A DNA stretch of 64,000 nt from contig JAUSGO010000031.1 of the NCBI GenBank assembly GCA_030649025.1, positions 9,745-73,744 on the forward strand, read 5' to 3'. Shown one piece after another: positions 55,926 through 64,000 of this stretch. This DNA comes from a bacterium (GTDB lineage Bacteria > Patescibacteriota > Minisyncoccia > JAUYLV01). Below the pieces are notes generated by a model. It saw only the letters and a program-made list of their open reading frames with translations, made no database searches and was not told the DNA's origin. Position numbers and translations under genes: made by a program. Within the stretch, counting starts at the first letter, position 1. Each line of letters starts with the position of its first letter.

Positions 55926-56040
55926 TAAAGAAATTCAAAATGCAAAACTCAAAATGCAAAATTTAGGAATATCGTGAAAGTTTTTCTTCAAAAAACTTTC
56001 ACTCCAAAATTTTGATTTTTGATTTTTGATTTTGCTTAAA
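55926..56040. repeat. Family-1 palindromic element.
   Basis: caaaatgcaaaactcaaaatgcaaaatttaggaatatcGTGAAAGTTTTTCTTCAAAAAACTTTCACtccaaaattttgatttttgatttttgattttg. Confidence 0.7.
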
Positions 56041-56043
56041 TCA

Positions 56044-57120
56044 TCATTTCAACGATGATTTGAGCATCATATGAAGCTCTTGCGGATTTTGGGAATACGC
56101 TTCGGCGTCTTCGAAGGCAATGGCGCCCGTGTGCACCAGCGTTGACAAAGACTTGTTAAGCGAGATCATGCCTTCGTCGGCGCTCGTCTCAATGACCAGA
56201 TCAAGCTGATGGGTCTTTCCCTCGCGGATGAGCGTGCGTATCGCCGAATTTGCCACCATAAGCTCGACCGCGGGTATCACTCCCCCTCCGATACGGGGAA
56301 TGAGGCGCTGGGAAATAATGCCCAGCAAAGAACTGGAAAGCTGTGACTTTATCTGTCCTTGGGCTTGCGGCGGAAACGAGTCGATGATGCGGTCAATGGT
56401 TTGCGCCGCGGAATTCGTATGGAGGGTGGAAAAAATGAGATGCCCTGTTTCGGCAGCCGTGACCGCGGCCGCGATGGTTTCGGGGTCCCGCATTTCTCCT
56501 ATCATCACCACGTCGGCGTCCTGGCGGAACACACTGCGCAACGCCCGGTGAAATGACAGCGAATCGTGATAAACTTCGCGCTGGTCAATAATCGCCCTAT
56601 CGGGAGAAAAAATGTACTCTATGGGATCCTCGATGGTAATGATGTGGTCTGCCCGCGTATGGTTTATTTCATCTATAATAGCCGCCAGCGTCGTGGATTT
56701 GCCATGTCCGGTGGGACCGGCCACCAGCACGAATCCCTGAGAAGGTTTTACGAATTCACGCACGATGGGAGGAAGCGACAGCTCCTCCATGGTCCGAATC
56801 TTCGTGGGAATAAGCCGCATGGCTACCGACAAAAACCCGCGCTGAAAAAAAACATTCACGCGGAAGCGCGCCTTTTCTTTGTAGTCGAACGACATGTCCA
56901 TTTCCTTGTCGCGCGCAAGCTGTTCCGACTGCTCTTTGGAGAGCATGATGCCTACAATACCGCGCGTGTACTCGGCGGTTGAAAAATCTTTCTTGCTGAT
57001 GGCATACAACACCCCGTCGATACGAAGCGAGGGGTGGCGGCCCACCGTCAAATGCAGATCCGATGCATTCTGTTTTATCACGGTGCTTAGAAGATCGTCG
57101 AGTTCAAGTTCGTAGTTCAT
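56044..57120 (-). CDS. pilT: Twitching motility ATPase PilT.
   Basis: GPTGHGKSTT Walker A plus the PilT Asp and His boxes. Confidence 0.9.
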   Translation of the reverse strand: MNYELELDDLLSTVIKQNASDLHLTVGRHPSLRIDGVLYAISKKDFSTAEYTRGIVGIMLSKEQSEQLARDKEMDMSFDYKEKARFRVNVFFQRGFLSVAMRLIPTKIRTMEELSLPPIVREFVKPSQGFVLVAGPTGHGKSTTLAAIIDEINHTRADHIITIEDPIEYIFSPDRAIIDQREVYHDSLSFHRALRSVFRQDADVVMIGEMRDPETIAAAVTAAETGHLIFSTLHTNSAAQTIDRIIDSFPPQAQGQIKSQLSSSLLGIISQRLIPRIGGGVIPAVELMVANSAIRTLIREGKTHQLDLVIETSADEGMISLNKSLSTLVHTGAIAFEDAEAYSQNPQELHMMLKSSLK

Positions 57121-57224
57121 CCCGTTAGAGGCAGGTCGCGGTCTTCTGGGACCGAACTGCCTGATAAATAGTAAGAATTCATTAAAAAGTTTACTTCATT
57201 TAAATCCTCGCTAGCGACCGCGGC
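57121..57224. repeat. Family-3 inverted-repeat element abutting the pilT start codon.
   Basis: CCCGTTAGAGGCAGGTCGCGGTC ... GACCGCGGCCTCTAACGGG, about 20-bp arms. Confidence 0.55.
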
Positions 57225-57258
57225 CTCTAACGGGATTCGTACCATTGTTCATTTCAGC

Positions 57259-57630
57259 TTATCCCAGAATCGATTTAACTTTGTCCACCACTTCCTGCGG
57301 CGTAAAATGCGCTTTAACCACATAGGATACGGCGCCGAGCGCCTTCCCTTTTTCAATATCTTCTTTCTGTCCAAGATTGGTCAACATCATCACCGGCACT
57401 GCCGAGATTGTAGGATCCTTTTTGAGCGCGGCCAAAACCTCAAATCCGTCCATTTCCGGAATAAGTACGTCGAGCAAAACCACGTCGGGCATCCATTCTT
57501 TTGCTTTGGCAAGACCATCTTTGCCGGTCATGGCAACCTCGCAGGCATACCCCTGCTTTTCAAATTTGGTCACGTACATCTCGGAGATGAACGGATCATC
57601 TTCAACCAATAATATCTTTTTTTTATCCAT
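57259..57630 (-). CDS. CheY-like single-domain response regulator (PilH-like).
   Basis: Receiver domain with DD...D...K residues. Confidence 0.85.
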   Translation of the reverse strand: MDKKKILLVEDDPFISEMYVTKFEKQGYACEVAMTGKDGLAKAKEWMPDVVLLDVLIPEMDGFEVLAALKKDPTISAVPVMMLTNLGQKEDIEKGKALGAVSYVVKAHFTPQEVVDKVKSILG

Positions 57631-57681
57631 ATGGGTGCGTTACGCTTAGAAGTAAACTGGGTTCCGCATTTAAAAATTTTA

Positions 57682-59460
57682 TCACTCTTCCACTTCCGTT
57701 TCTACGGTCTGCAACACCTCCTCAAGCGTGGTAAATCCCTGCAGGACTTTTTGGAGACCATCTTGCTTCATGGTAACCATATTCTGACGCCTGGCTTCTT
57801 CCTGAAGTTTTTCTTCGGTAACGCCGGAAAGCACGATGCGCTCAAGCTGGGGGGTCATCGTGAGCATTTCATAAATAGCAATTCTCCCCTTCAACCCTTT
57901 ATTGCCGCATTTCTTGCAACCCTTAGCTTCCCATAGCTTAAGCGGGGGAACAAGGGATATGATGGATTTATTCTCTTCGGGCAGGCTCTGCAATTCTTTC
58001 AAGATAAGATCTTCTTTTTCTTTTGGAGCGGGAACCTGGATTCTGCAGTCCTGGCATAATTTTCGCACAAGCCGCTGTGCTACGGCAAGAAGTATGGAAG
58101 AAGGAAGCAGAAACGGCTGAACACCCATGTCAATGAGACGCGGAAAAACGCCCAGAGCATCGTTCGTGTGGAGCGTAGACAGCACGAGGTGTCCCGTAAG
58201 CGCGGCGTGCACCGCAAGTTCCGCCGTTTCGTTGTCTCGAATTTCGCCGACCATGATGATGTCGGGGTCCTGGCGCAAAATTGAACGGAGACCCGAGGCA
58301 AAAGTATAGTCCACTTCCGGCTGGATCTGCGACTGGTTGATGCCTTCGATAAAATACTCCACCGGATCCTCCAGCGAGATGATGTTCACGCCTTCTTCGT
58401 TGAGCGTGCTGAAAACCGAGTATAGCGTTGTCGTCTTGCCCGATCCGGTGGGACCCGTGATGAGCATCATGCCGAAAGGCTTGTCGATGGCCAGTTCCAG
58501 AAGCCGCAGATTCCTTCCCTGAAGACCCAATCCCTCAAAAGTCTTGATCCCCACGATAGGATCCAAAATACGCAGTACTGCCTTCTCGCCAGTTACCGTA
58601 GGCAGAATGGAGACGCGGAAATCGATCTTCCGGTTTTCCAGCCTGGTGTGGAAACGGCCGTCCTGGGGCTTTCGCGTTTCGTCTATTTTGAGATTCGAGA
58701 GGATTTTGATGCGCGCGGTTACCGCCGCATGCACCTGCTTGGGAAGAATGATGGACGTATGCAACACGCCGTCCACCCGGAACCGCACGCGCACTTCTTT
58801 CTCTATGGGCTCTATGTGAATATCGGACGCCCTCCCTTCAATGGCATGCTTCAAAATTACGGCCACCATTTTGGTGATAGGAGCCTCTTCACCAAGCTCT
58901 TCTTCTCCTTTTTTCTTGGAAGCCGCCAATGCCGCCCCTCCGGCATCTTTCTCCTTTCCGGATGCGATTTCATGCTGTAACTCCTCGAGCGCTTTTTCAA
59001 CTTCGCCCTTAAGCGTTCTGTATTGTTTCAGGATGTCCAGAAAATCCTGCGGGCTCACCAAAAATATCTTGGCGACAAGCCCGAGCCGCAGAGCTATGAA
59101 TTGCAGAGCCTCCTGCGCCACGACATCTTCCGGCGACAGCATGCCTACTTCAAGGATACGCGCGGCCTTATCGACTTTGATGGGAAAGAACCGGTAGTGT
59201 TTCGCCGCCTCTTCGGGAATCTCGCGCAATGTTTCATAATTTGCCTGAAAACCGGCAAGATCCCGATACGGAAATCCTGAAAATTTTGATTTTGCTTCCA
59301 GGAGTTTTTTTTCGTCAATAAGCCGCCGCGCATAGATGATCTCCATCGCGTCTTTATCTTCATCTTTTTCCGCTTTTATAATTTCTTTGCAGACATCCTC
59401 ATCGAGCAGTTTCTCTGCAACCAGGTATTCAAGAAAAGTTTTTTGAGAATCGGAAACCAC
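57682..59460 (-). CDS. pilB: Type IV pilus assembly ATPase PilB (GspE family).
   Basis: GSPII_E N-terminal domain, GPTGSGKTTT, and a C-terminal tetracysteine motif. Confidence 0.9.
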   Translation of the reverse strand: MVSDSQKTFLEYLVAEKLLDEDVCKEIIKAEKDEDKDAMEIIYARRLIDEKKLLEAKSKFSGFPYRDLAGFQANYETLREIPEEAAKHYRFFPIKVDKAARILEVGMLSPEDVVAQEALQFIALRLGLVAKIFLVSPQDFLDILKQYRTLKGEVEKALEELQHEIASGKEKDAGGAALAASKKKGEEELGEEAPITKMVAVILKHAIEGRASDIHIEPIEKEVRVRFRVDGVLHTSIILPKQVHAAVTARIKILSNLKIDETRKPQDGRFHTRLENRKIDFRVSILPTVTGEKAVLRILDPIVGIKTFEGLGLQGRNLRLLELAIDKPFGMMLITGPTGSGKTTTLYSVFSTLNEEGVNIISLEDPVEYFIEGINQSQIQPEVDYTFASGLRSILRQDPDIIMVGEIRDNETAELAVHAALTGHLVLSTLHTNDALGVFPRLIDMGVQPFLLPSSILLAVAQRLVRKLCQDCRIQVPAPKEKEDLILKELQSLPEENKSIISLVPPLKLWEAKGCKKCGNKGLKGRIAIYEMLTMTPQLERIVLSGVTEEKLQEEARRQNMVTMKQDGLQKVLQGFTTLEEVLQTVETEVEE

Positions 59461-59465
59461 ATGAA

Positions 59466-59537
59466 TAGCTTTTAGCTTATGGCTTATGGCTTTTAGGGAA
59501 TATCATTGTGCCCTATAAGCTATAAGCTGTAAGCTAT
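59466..59537. repeat. AGCT-rich palindromic intercistronic repeat.
   Basis: tagcttttagcttatggcttatggcttttaggg-loop-ccctataagctataagctgtaagcta. Confidence 0.55.
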
Positions 59538-59586
59538 GCGCTGTTTATTGCTCATAGCAATCCAAAATCAAAGATAGTCCGAAACT

Positions 59587-60021
59587 TCACAATGGCAATT
59601 CAAAAGACAAAGAGGGCTCCGGAGTAAAAGTCGGCGGAGAAGATGTAACTGAAAGAACGGGGGTCGCCAGTGATTGCTTCAAAAAAGGATTTGGGTTCCC
59701 TTTTTCCGGAACGGTTACGGGATTATCTTTTGAATATGTTCTCAATTCCTTAAACAGCTCGCTCTTCACCACCTCGGTATCGAGTTTTATGCGCCCAATG
59801 TCGAGAGCGGGAACGGTTCTCGAACCTCCGCGAGAAGTTTGGGATTGGGGAACAGCCTGGGTTTGAGAAGAAACTTCTTGGCTAGATAACAGGGCGGGAG
59901 AGTAAAAAAATACGCGATACACGATAATGCCGGCCACTATGAAGAATGTACCGGCAATAATAAGCAGGCGTTTTTGTTTCGGATCTTTTAATTGAGACTG
60001 GAAGTTTGTTTGAAAGGCCAC
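59587..60021 (-). CDS. Membrane-anchored hypothetical protein, possibly a PilP-like pilus assembly protein.
   Basis: One TM segment. Its position between pilO and pilB is the only functional evidence. Confidence 0.35.
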   Translation of the reverse strand: MAFQTNFQSQLKDPKQKRLLIIAGTFFIVAGIIVYRVFFYSPALLSSQEVSSQTQAVPQSQTSRGGSRTVPALDIGRIKLDTEVVKSELFKELRTYSKDNPVTVPEKGNPNPFLKQSLATPVLSVTSSPPTFTPEPSLSFELPL

Positions 60022-60109
60022 ACGAATAGCTTTTAGCTTTTAGCTTTTAGCTTTTAGGGGGACGGCGCGGTCAGTTCCTATAAGCTACGGGCTATGAGCT
60101 ATGAGCCGC
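60022..60109. repeat. AGCT-rich palindromic intercistronic repeat.
   Basis: (agctttt)4...cctataagctacgggctatgagctatgagc. Confidence 0.55.
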
Positions 60110-60670
60110 TTATGTTTGTAGACCGTAGTACATGCGCACACTTAGATTAAAAGTGAAGAGTTGTGATCCTTCCCCTGACGGAACCGAGAATTGCAGCGCC
60201 CACACGTCTATGATGCGAAGTTCTTTTTCAAGAGCTTTCAGGAACCCGTCCAACGCTTCATAACTTCCCGTCACGGAGATGCTTGCTTGCATCGTCTGAT
60301 ACGGGAGGGATCCTTGGGTCTTCGATCTCGTTGTTGCGTCCAATGCGGTCTCGCTGACATTAAAAGAGATGTCGTCAAGCGTCATGCCGTTTTGCGAGGC
60401 TATTTCCGGAATTTCGACAAGAAGATTCGGAATATCGGGCATTGGGGGGAAGATCTGCGCGACTTTTGATGCAACATCTTCCACTTCGCGATACTGGGCT
60501 TCAAGATTTTTAATCTTGGATACGAGAAGCTGTTTTTCCTGCAACGCCTCTTCGGCCTGGGTGCGCGCGACCTTCGCTTCTCCGAGACCTCGGTATTCGG
60601 GCAATACCAACCACACTACCACTGCAATGGTACCGAGGGACAGGAGAGCAATGAAGAGTTTTTTGAGCAT
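60110..60670 (-). CDS. PilO-like pilus assembly protein.
   Basis: TM segment, coiled coil, then a ferredoxin-like domain. Operon position supports the call. Confidence 0.55.
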   Translation of the reverse strand: MLKKLFIALLSLGTIAVVVWLVLPEYRGLGEAKVARTQAEEALQEKQLLVSKIKNLEAQYREVEDVASKVAQIFPPMPDIPNLLVEIPEIASQNGMTLDDISFNVSETALDATTRSKTQGSLPYQTMQASISVTGSYEALDGFLKALEKELRIIDVWALQFSVPSGEGSQLFTFNLSVRMYYGLQT

Positions 60671-60764
60671 GTACGACGCATCGATACGAATATACGAATT
60701 ACTGATGATGCGGATGAAATCCCGTTCGTATAATCCGCATCATTGGTATATTGGCATCGATGCT

Positions 60765-61364
60765 CTATTGCGCTAATACCGCCTTCTTATCAAACGTGAG
60801 CGTTGCGCTGAATGTATTGCCACCATCTTCCTTTCCAATTTCGAATGACGACATGCCGCCGCTTTTAATTTTCGGATCGTGGCGATATATCACCATCTGC
60901 CGCGCAAGATCGAGAAGCGTCGGAGCGCTTCCTTGCAATTCTATGCGGACAATTTCATCCCCCGTTGCGCCAGATGCGCTTTCGGCTCCAAAAGAAACGT
61001 TCATGCTGTCATAAAATACCGTAGGAAGCGTCACTTCTCCCACCAAAGGAATAATTCTGGAGAGATATACGTGTGAGCGGAGAATCGTGGAGAGCGCATT
61101 GATGCGCTTTTCAAAAATAAAGATCTCTGATTCAAGTTTTTTGTTGCGCGTACGCTCCAGATCGTCCGTATGGCCATGGATCAATTCGGTATCCGAAGAG
61201 ATCTTCACGCGAAAAGAGAACAGCGCCGCATACACGACAAACGAGAGGCCGAACAGCGTAAGAAGTATAATAACGCCCGGACCGTACGCCGTCTGCCGTT
61301 CGGCAACGATAAAACCGCTGGAGGATGTTTCTTTTTTCGATTCGGATTGGAAGAGAAGAGGCAT
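60765..61364 (-). CDS. PilN-like pilus assembly protein.
   Basis: TM segment and coiled coil. Located between pilM and pilO. Confidence 0.5.
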   Translation of the reverse strand: MPLLFQSESKKETSSSGFIVAERQTAYGPGVIILLTLFGLSFVVYAALFSFRVKISSDTELIHGHTDDLERTRNKKLESEIFIFEKRINALSTILRSHVYLSRIIPLVGEVTLPTVFYDSMNVSFGAESASGATGDEIVRIELQGSAPTLLDLARQMVIYRHDPKIKSGGMSSFEIGKEDGGNTFSATLTFDKKAVLAQ

Positions 61365-61499
61365 GCCAATGTCGTCTAACCCAGCCGTCTAAGCTCTAAA
61401 AAATAGCTTCGGGCTGAATGATAGTACATTATTTTTCTTGATGATTTATTTTTCTTTTTATGTATAGACGGCTGGGTTAGCTACGACGTTGAGCACCCC

Positions 61500-61655
61500 G
61501 CCCTCTAAGCCATTTTAATATATTCTCGGAAATCTTTCTCGCCTTCTTGCCAAAGCGGCTCTTGTCTACACATCCCTATCGCATAGAGGGCGGGGTAAGG
61601 TTTTGTTCCTGCGTTTCGTTCGCAACAAAGCGCTTCGAAACGCAGACAAAGCCCT
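61500..61655 (-). repeat. ORF-less (MITE-like) derivative of the GIY-YIG element, copy B.
   Basis: Same IR (gagcaccccgccctctaag / atagagggcggggtaa) and a covarying 17-bp hairpin CTGCGTTTCG...CGAAACGCAG. Only a short ATGC remnant of the ORF start remains. Confidence 0.6.
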
Positions 61656-62869
61656 TATATTTCCTTCATTGCAAGCCCTGCGGCATTGGCAAGCTCGGGA
61701 CCGATAAGCCCGGAGACGGGAACAAGATCTTTAGGAAGCGAAATGTGGGAAAAAGGGCTAACCGTTTGCACGGACAGGCGAAGGCGGGATGCGAAATACT
61801 CATCAAGTCCCCTAAGTAGTGCGGTGTTTCCCGAAAGGATCAGGCGGGTTATCTGCCTGGAACTTGTTTTCCAATATGCAGACATCACCCGCTCGACTTC
61901 ACGCGCAAGAGCTTCAAGCAACGGCAAGTATGCGGTGACTATTTCTTTTTCTCCGCCGCTTGCATAAAGCCCGAAGGTCTGCTTGTAACTTTCCGCCCGC
62001 TCCATATCCGTTCCCAAAGCCCGGGAGCATGCCCGGGTAAAATCGCTCGATGCGATGCCGACATGATGGGCGATGCGCAAAGATCCTTCGTCAAAAACCG
62101 CAATACTCGAAGAAAATGCGCCCATATCGAGCAGGAGAACTGCCGTCTTTTCATCCAGAGCTCCGGCGCGCGCAAGAGCAAAAGATTCTATTTCAAGACC
62201 CATCAACGTAAGTTCCGACAATTGGGCGATGCGCACATATTTCTGCACCATGTCCCGCGGAGCTGCCATAAGTAAAACCTTGGTGCCTTGGTGCTTCGGG
62301 CTAAAAGACGGTGTTTCTTTTTGAGACTGTGTTGACGCGTTCTTTTCTTCCATTGTCATCGCGCCACCGACATTCTGCGTCCTTGGAGATTGGTCCGTAA
62401 GAGAATTGGGTAGAGCGGGTTCTGCCCGGGTAAGATCGGATTTTTTTGTTGTCTCTACGATCTTCCAATCAAGGACCACCTCGGAGATGGGAATGGGTAT
62501 ATACTCGCGCGCCTGGAGCGGAACTGCATTTGCCATCGCCTTCTCGTCAAGAATCGGCATTTCCATAATGGTCACGAACGTTGAAAAAATTGGCAGAGAC
62601 ATGACCGCGGTATCGGTTGTGAACCCGGATTCTTTTATGAGAAATTTTATGTACTGCGCTATTCGGGCTTCTTCCAGATCAAATAGAAGACCTCGGACAC
62701 TTTCATCTCCCGGCGAGCGTTTTGGAGCCAGCACCGCGTAATTTAAAAGATTGAAATGGCTATTGGATTCCCGCCGGAGCTCCACGATCTTAATTGATGA
62801 CGTGCCAATATCAATGCCGAGCACCGATGTAACGCGTTTCTTGAATATGAAATCAAGTGGATTGAACAT
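61655..62869 (-). CDS. pilM: Type IV pilus assembly protein PilM (actin-like ATPase fold).
   Basis: IGIDIGTSSIKIVEL N-terminus and the PilM/FtsA fold. Confidence 0.8.
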   Translation of the reverse strand: MFNPLDFIFKKRVTSVLGIDIGTSSIKIVELRRESNSHFNLLNYAVLAPKRSPGDESVRGLLFDLEEARIAQYIKFLIKESGFTTDTAVMSLPIFSTFVTIMEMPILDEKAMANAVPLQAREYIPIPISEVVLDWKIVETTKKSDLTRAEPALPNSLTDQSPRTQNVGGAMTMEEKNASTQSQKETPSFSPKHQGTKVLLMAAPRDMVQKYVRIAQLSELTLMGLEIESFALARAGALDEKTAVLLLDMGAFSSSIAVFDEGSLRIAHHVGIASSDFTRACSRALGTDMERAESYKQTFGLYASGGEKEIVTAYLPLLEALAREVERVMSAYWKTSSRQITRLILSGNTALLRGLDEYFASRLRLSVQTVSPFSHISLPKDLVPVSGLIGPELANAAGLAMKEI

Positions 62870-62921
62870 GCTAATGTCGTCTAAAATTATAAGCGGAGCT
62901 CATGGCGTAGCGCAATAATTT

Positions 62922-63118
62922 TATCTACGACATTGAGCACCCCCTCACTCATCCTTGCGAGAGTTTTTCGATATACAAAACCAGTGAGCCGCAGGCGGCT
63001 TCGCCTTTTCAGCTACATATAGCGAAAATGTCTTGCCGGGATGAGTGAGGGGGTAAAGAGCGTGTTGCTGAAATCCTTTCACGCAGAGGCGCTCGGGATT
63101 TCAGACACGCTTATACTA
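62922..63118 (-). repeat. ORF-less derivative of the GIY-YIG element, copy C, with compensatory IR changes.
   Basis: IR caccccctcactcatcc / ggatgagtgagggggta. Hairpin CTGAAATCC...GGATTTCAG. Outer AGCGTGT/ACACGCT covaries with AGCTTGT/ACAAGCT in copy A. Confidence 0.6.
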
Positions 63119-63253
63119 TACCACGAAAGACGGATATGAGACGACGGGCTATCCACATAGCCTATTGGCGTAGCAATACAATAAGAGTCTCAATAAGTCA
63201 AAATCCCGCAGAACATTGCGGGATTTCGGCTCATTGAACGAATTTCCAATAAT

Positions 63254-63943
63254 TTACTCCACTATATTTGGAAGAATGGATGTCCGTGTGCCCGTAGGCT
63301 CATCGGGAAAGGGAGTCGGGGTTTGAGCCGAACTGTCTTCTGCGGATTCATGAGAGGAGTCTGCCGACAGAATGTCGGAAGAAGACGGCGAGTCCTCCTG
63401 AAAAGTCTGGGAGGAGCCGGAAGAAACGCTTGAAGCGCTTTCCGGAATCAAAATCTCTTCCGCGGTCGATTGCGCCTCCATGGAAACGGCCTTTGCGTCC
63501 TCAAAAATCGGCAAGGACGAGCTTGCAGTGTCAAATGTTGAAAGAAGAACCGTATAGGCACGGGCGGTTTCATCAAGTTTTTCGGCCTTCTCCCGAGCAA
63601 GATCCTCGTTACCGCTCGCCTGCATCTGTTTGACCGCAAAAGAAGAATCACCCAAAGCCTTGGTGTAGCGTTGAAGCGTCTGAGCAATGAGCGCCGTCTG
63701 CCTCTCACTATGAGCTTCGATCGTGGCTTCCCGGGATAGCAACGTTAATTCTTGGATGCGTTCTTGCGCAACCGCTAAACCGTAATCGGCTTTTTGTTCC
63801 TCCGTAAACACCAGCGCTTCTTTTACCCTCTCCTTCGCCAATTTGATCGGATATAAGGCGCTCGAGGGTGAGATTTCGGACATACCGGCTCCCAGTACCA
63901 TGCCAATGCCTCCTACGAACAGTGCCAATAACAATCCCGCCAT
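63254..63943 (-). CDS. Membrane-anchored hypothetical protein with a coiled coil and an acidic Ser-rich tail.
   Basis: N-terminal TM segment. Confidence 0.4.
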   Translation of the reverse strand: MAGLLLALFVGGIGMVLGAGMSEISPSSALYPIKLAKERVKEALVFTEEQKADYGLAVAQERIQELTLLSREATIEAHSERQTALIAQTLQRYTKALGDSSFAVKQMQASGNEDLAREKAEKLDETARAYTVLLSTFDTASSSLPIFEDAKAVSMEAQSTAEEILIPESASSVSSGSSQTFQEDSPSSSDILSADSSHESAEDSSAQTPTPFPDEPTGTRTSILPNIVE

Positions 63944-64000
63944 GACGATTTGAGGCTTGGCGAGGCTTCGAAAGAGGGCTAAAACAGAGTATGCGGAATT

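Noticed and set aside
1-64000. A CRISPR array among the many repeats.
   Set aside because: No regularly spaced direct repeats with unique spacers are present. All repeat families are palindromic or inverted and lie in separate intergenic sites.

Overview
This 64 kb window is gene-dense, roughly 55% GC, and almost entirely minus-strand coding. The gene content suggests a reduced-genome bacterium, plausibly CPR/Patescibacteria-like; that placement is inference. Going left to right it contains: a MoxR/DUF58 pair; uvrC and rplU; a non-oxidative pentose-phosphate/glycolysis block (split transketolase, rpe, rpiB, gap) with an aquaporin; a cluster of large secreted Cys-rich proteins including an M64-like metallopeptidase; a frameshifted gdh; trxB, a ROK kinase and a glutaredoxin; xseAB; clpB; an HrpB-like DEAH helicase; ispH; the dnaG-rpoD pair; HtpX and LemA; znuBC; a GH1 beta-glucosidase; and a type IV pilus cluster (two pilins, pilC, pilT, a CheY-like regulator, pilB, pilONM).

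The most unusual content is non-protein or mobile:
- A tRNA-Asn(GUU) gene split by a ~536-nt group I intron that carries an HNH homing endonuclease ORF.
- A family of GIY-YIG mini-elements bounded by covarying hairpin-forming inverted repeats: two ORF-bearing copies and two ORF-less MITE-like copies.
- At least three further families of intergenic palindromic or inverted-repeat elements, concentrated between cotranscribed genes.
- A consensus sigma70 promoter that drives a ~400-nt ORF-free structured region next to clpB, a candidate ncRNA.
- A VirB2/TrbC-like two-helix pilin module that occurs stand-alone and also fused to giant extracellular proteins.
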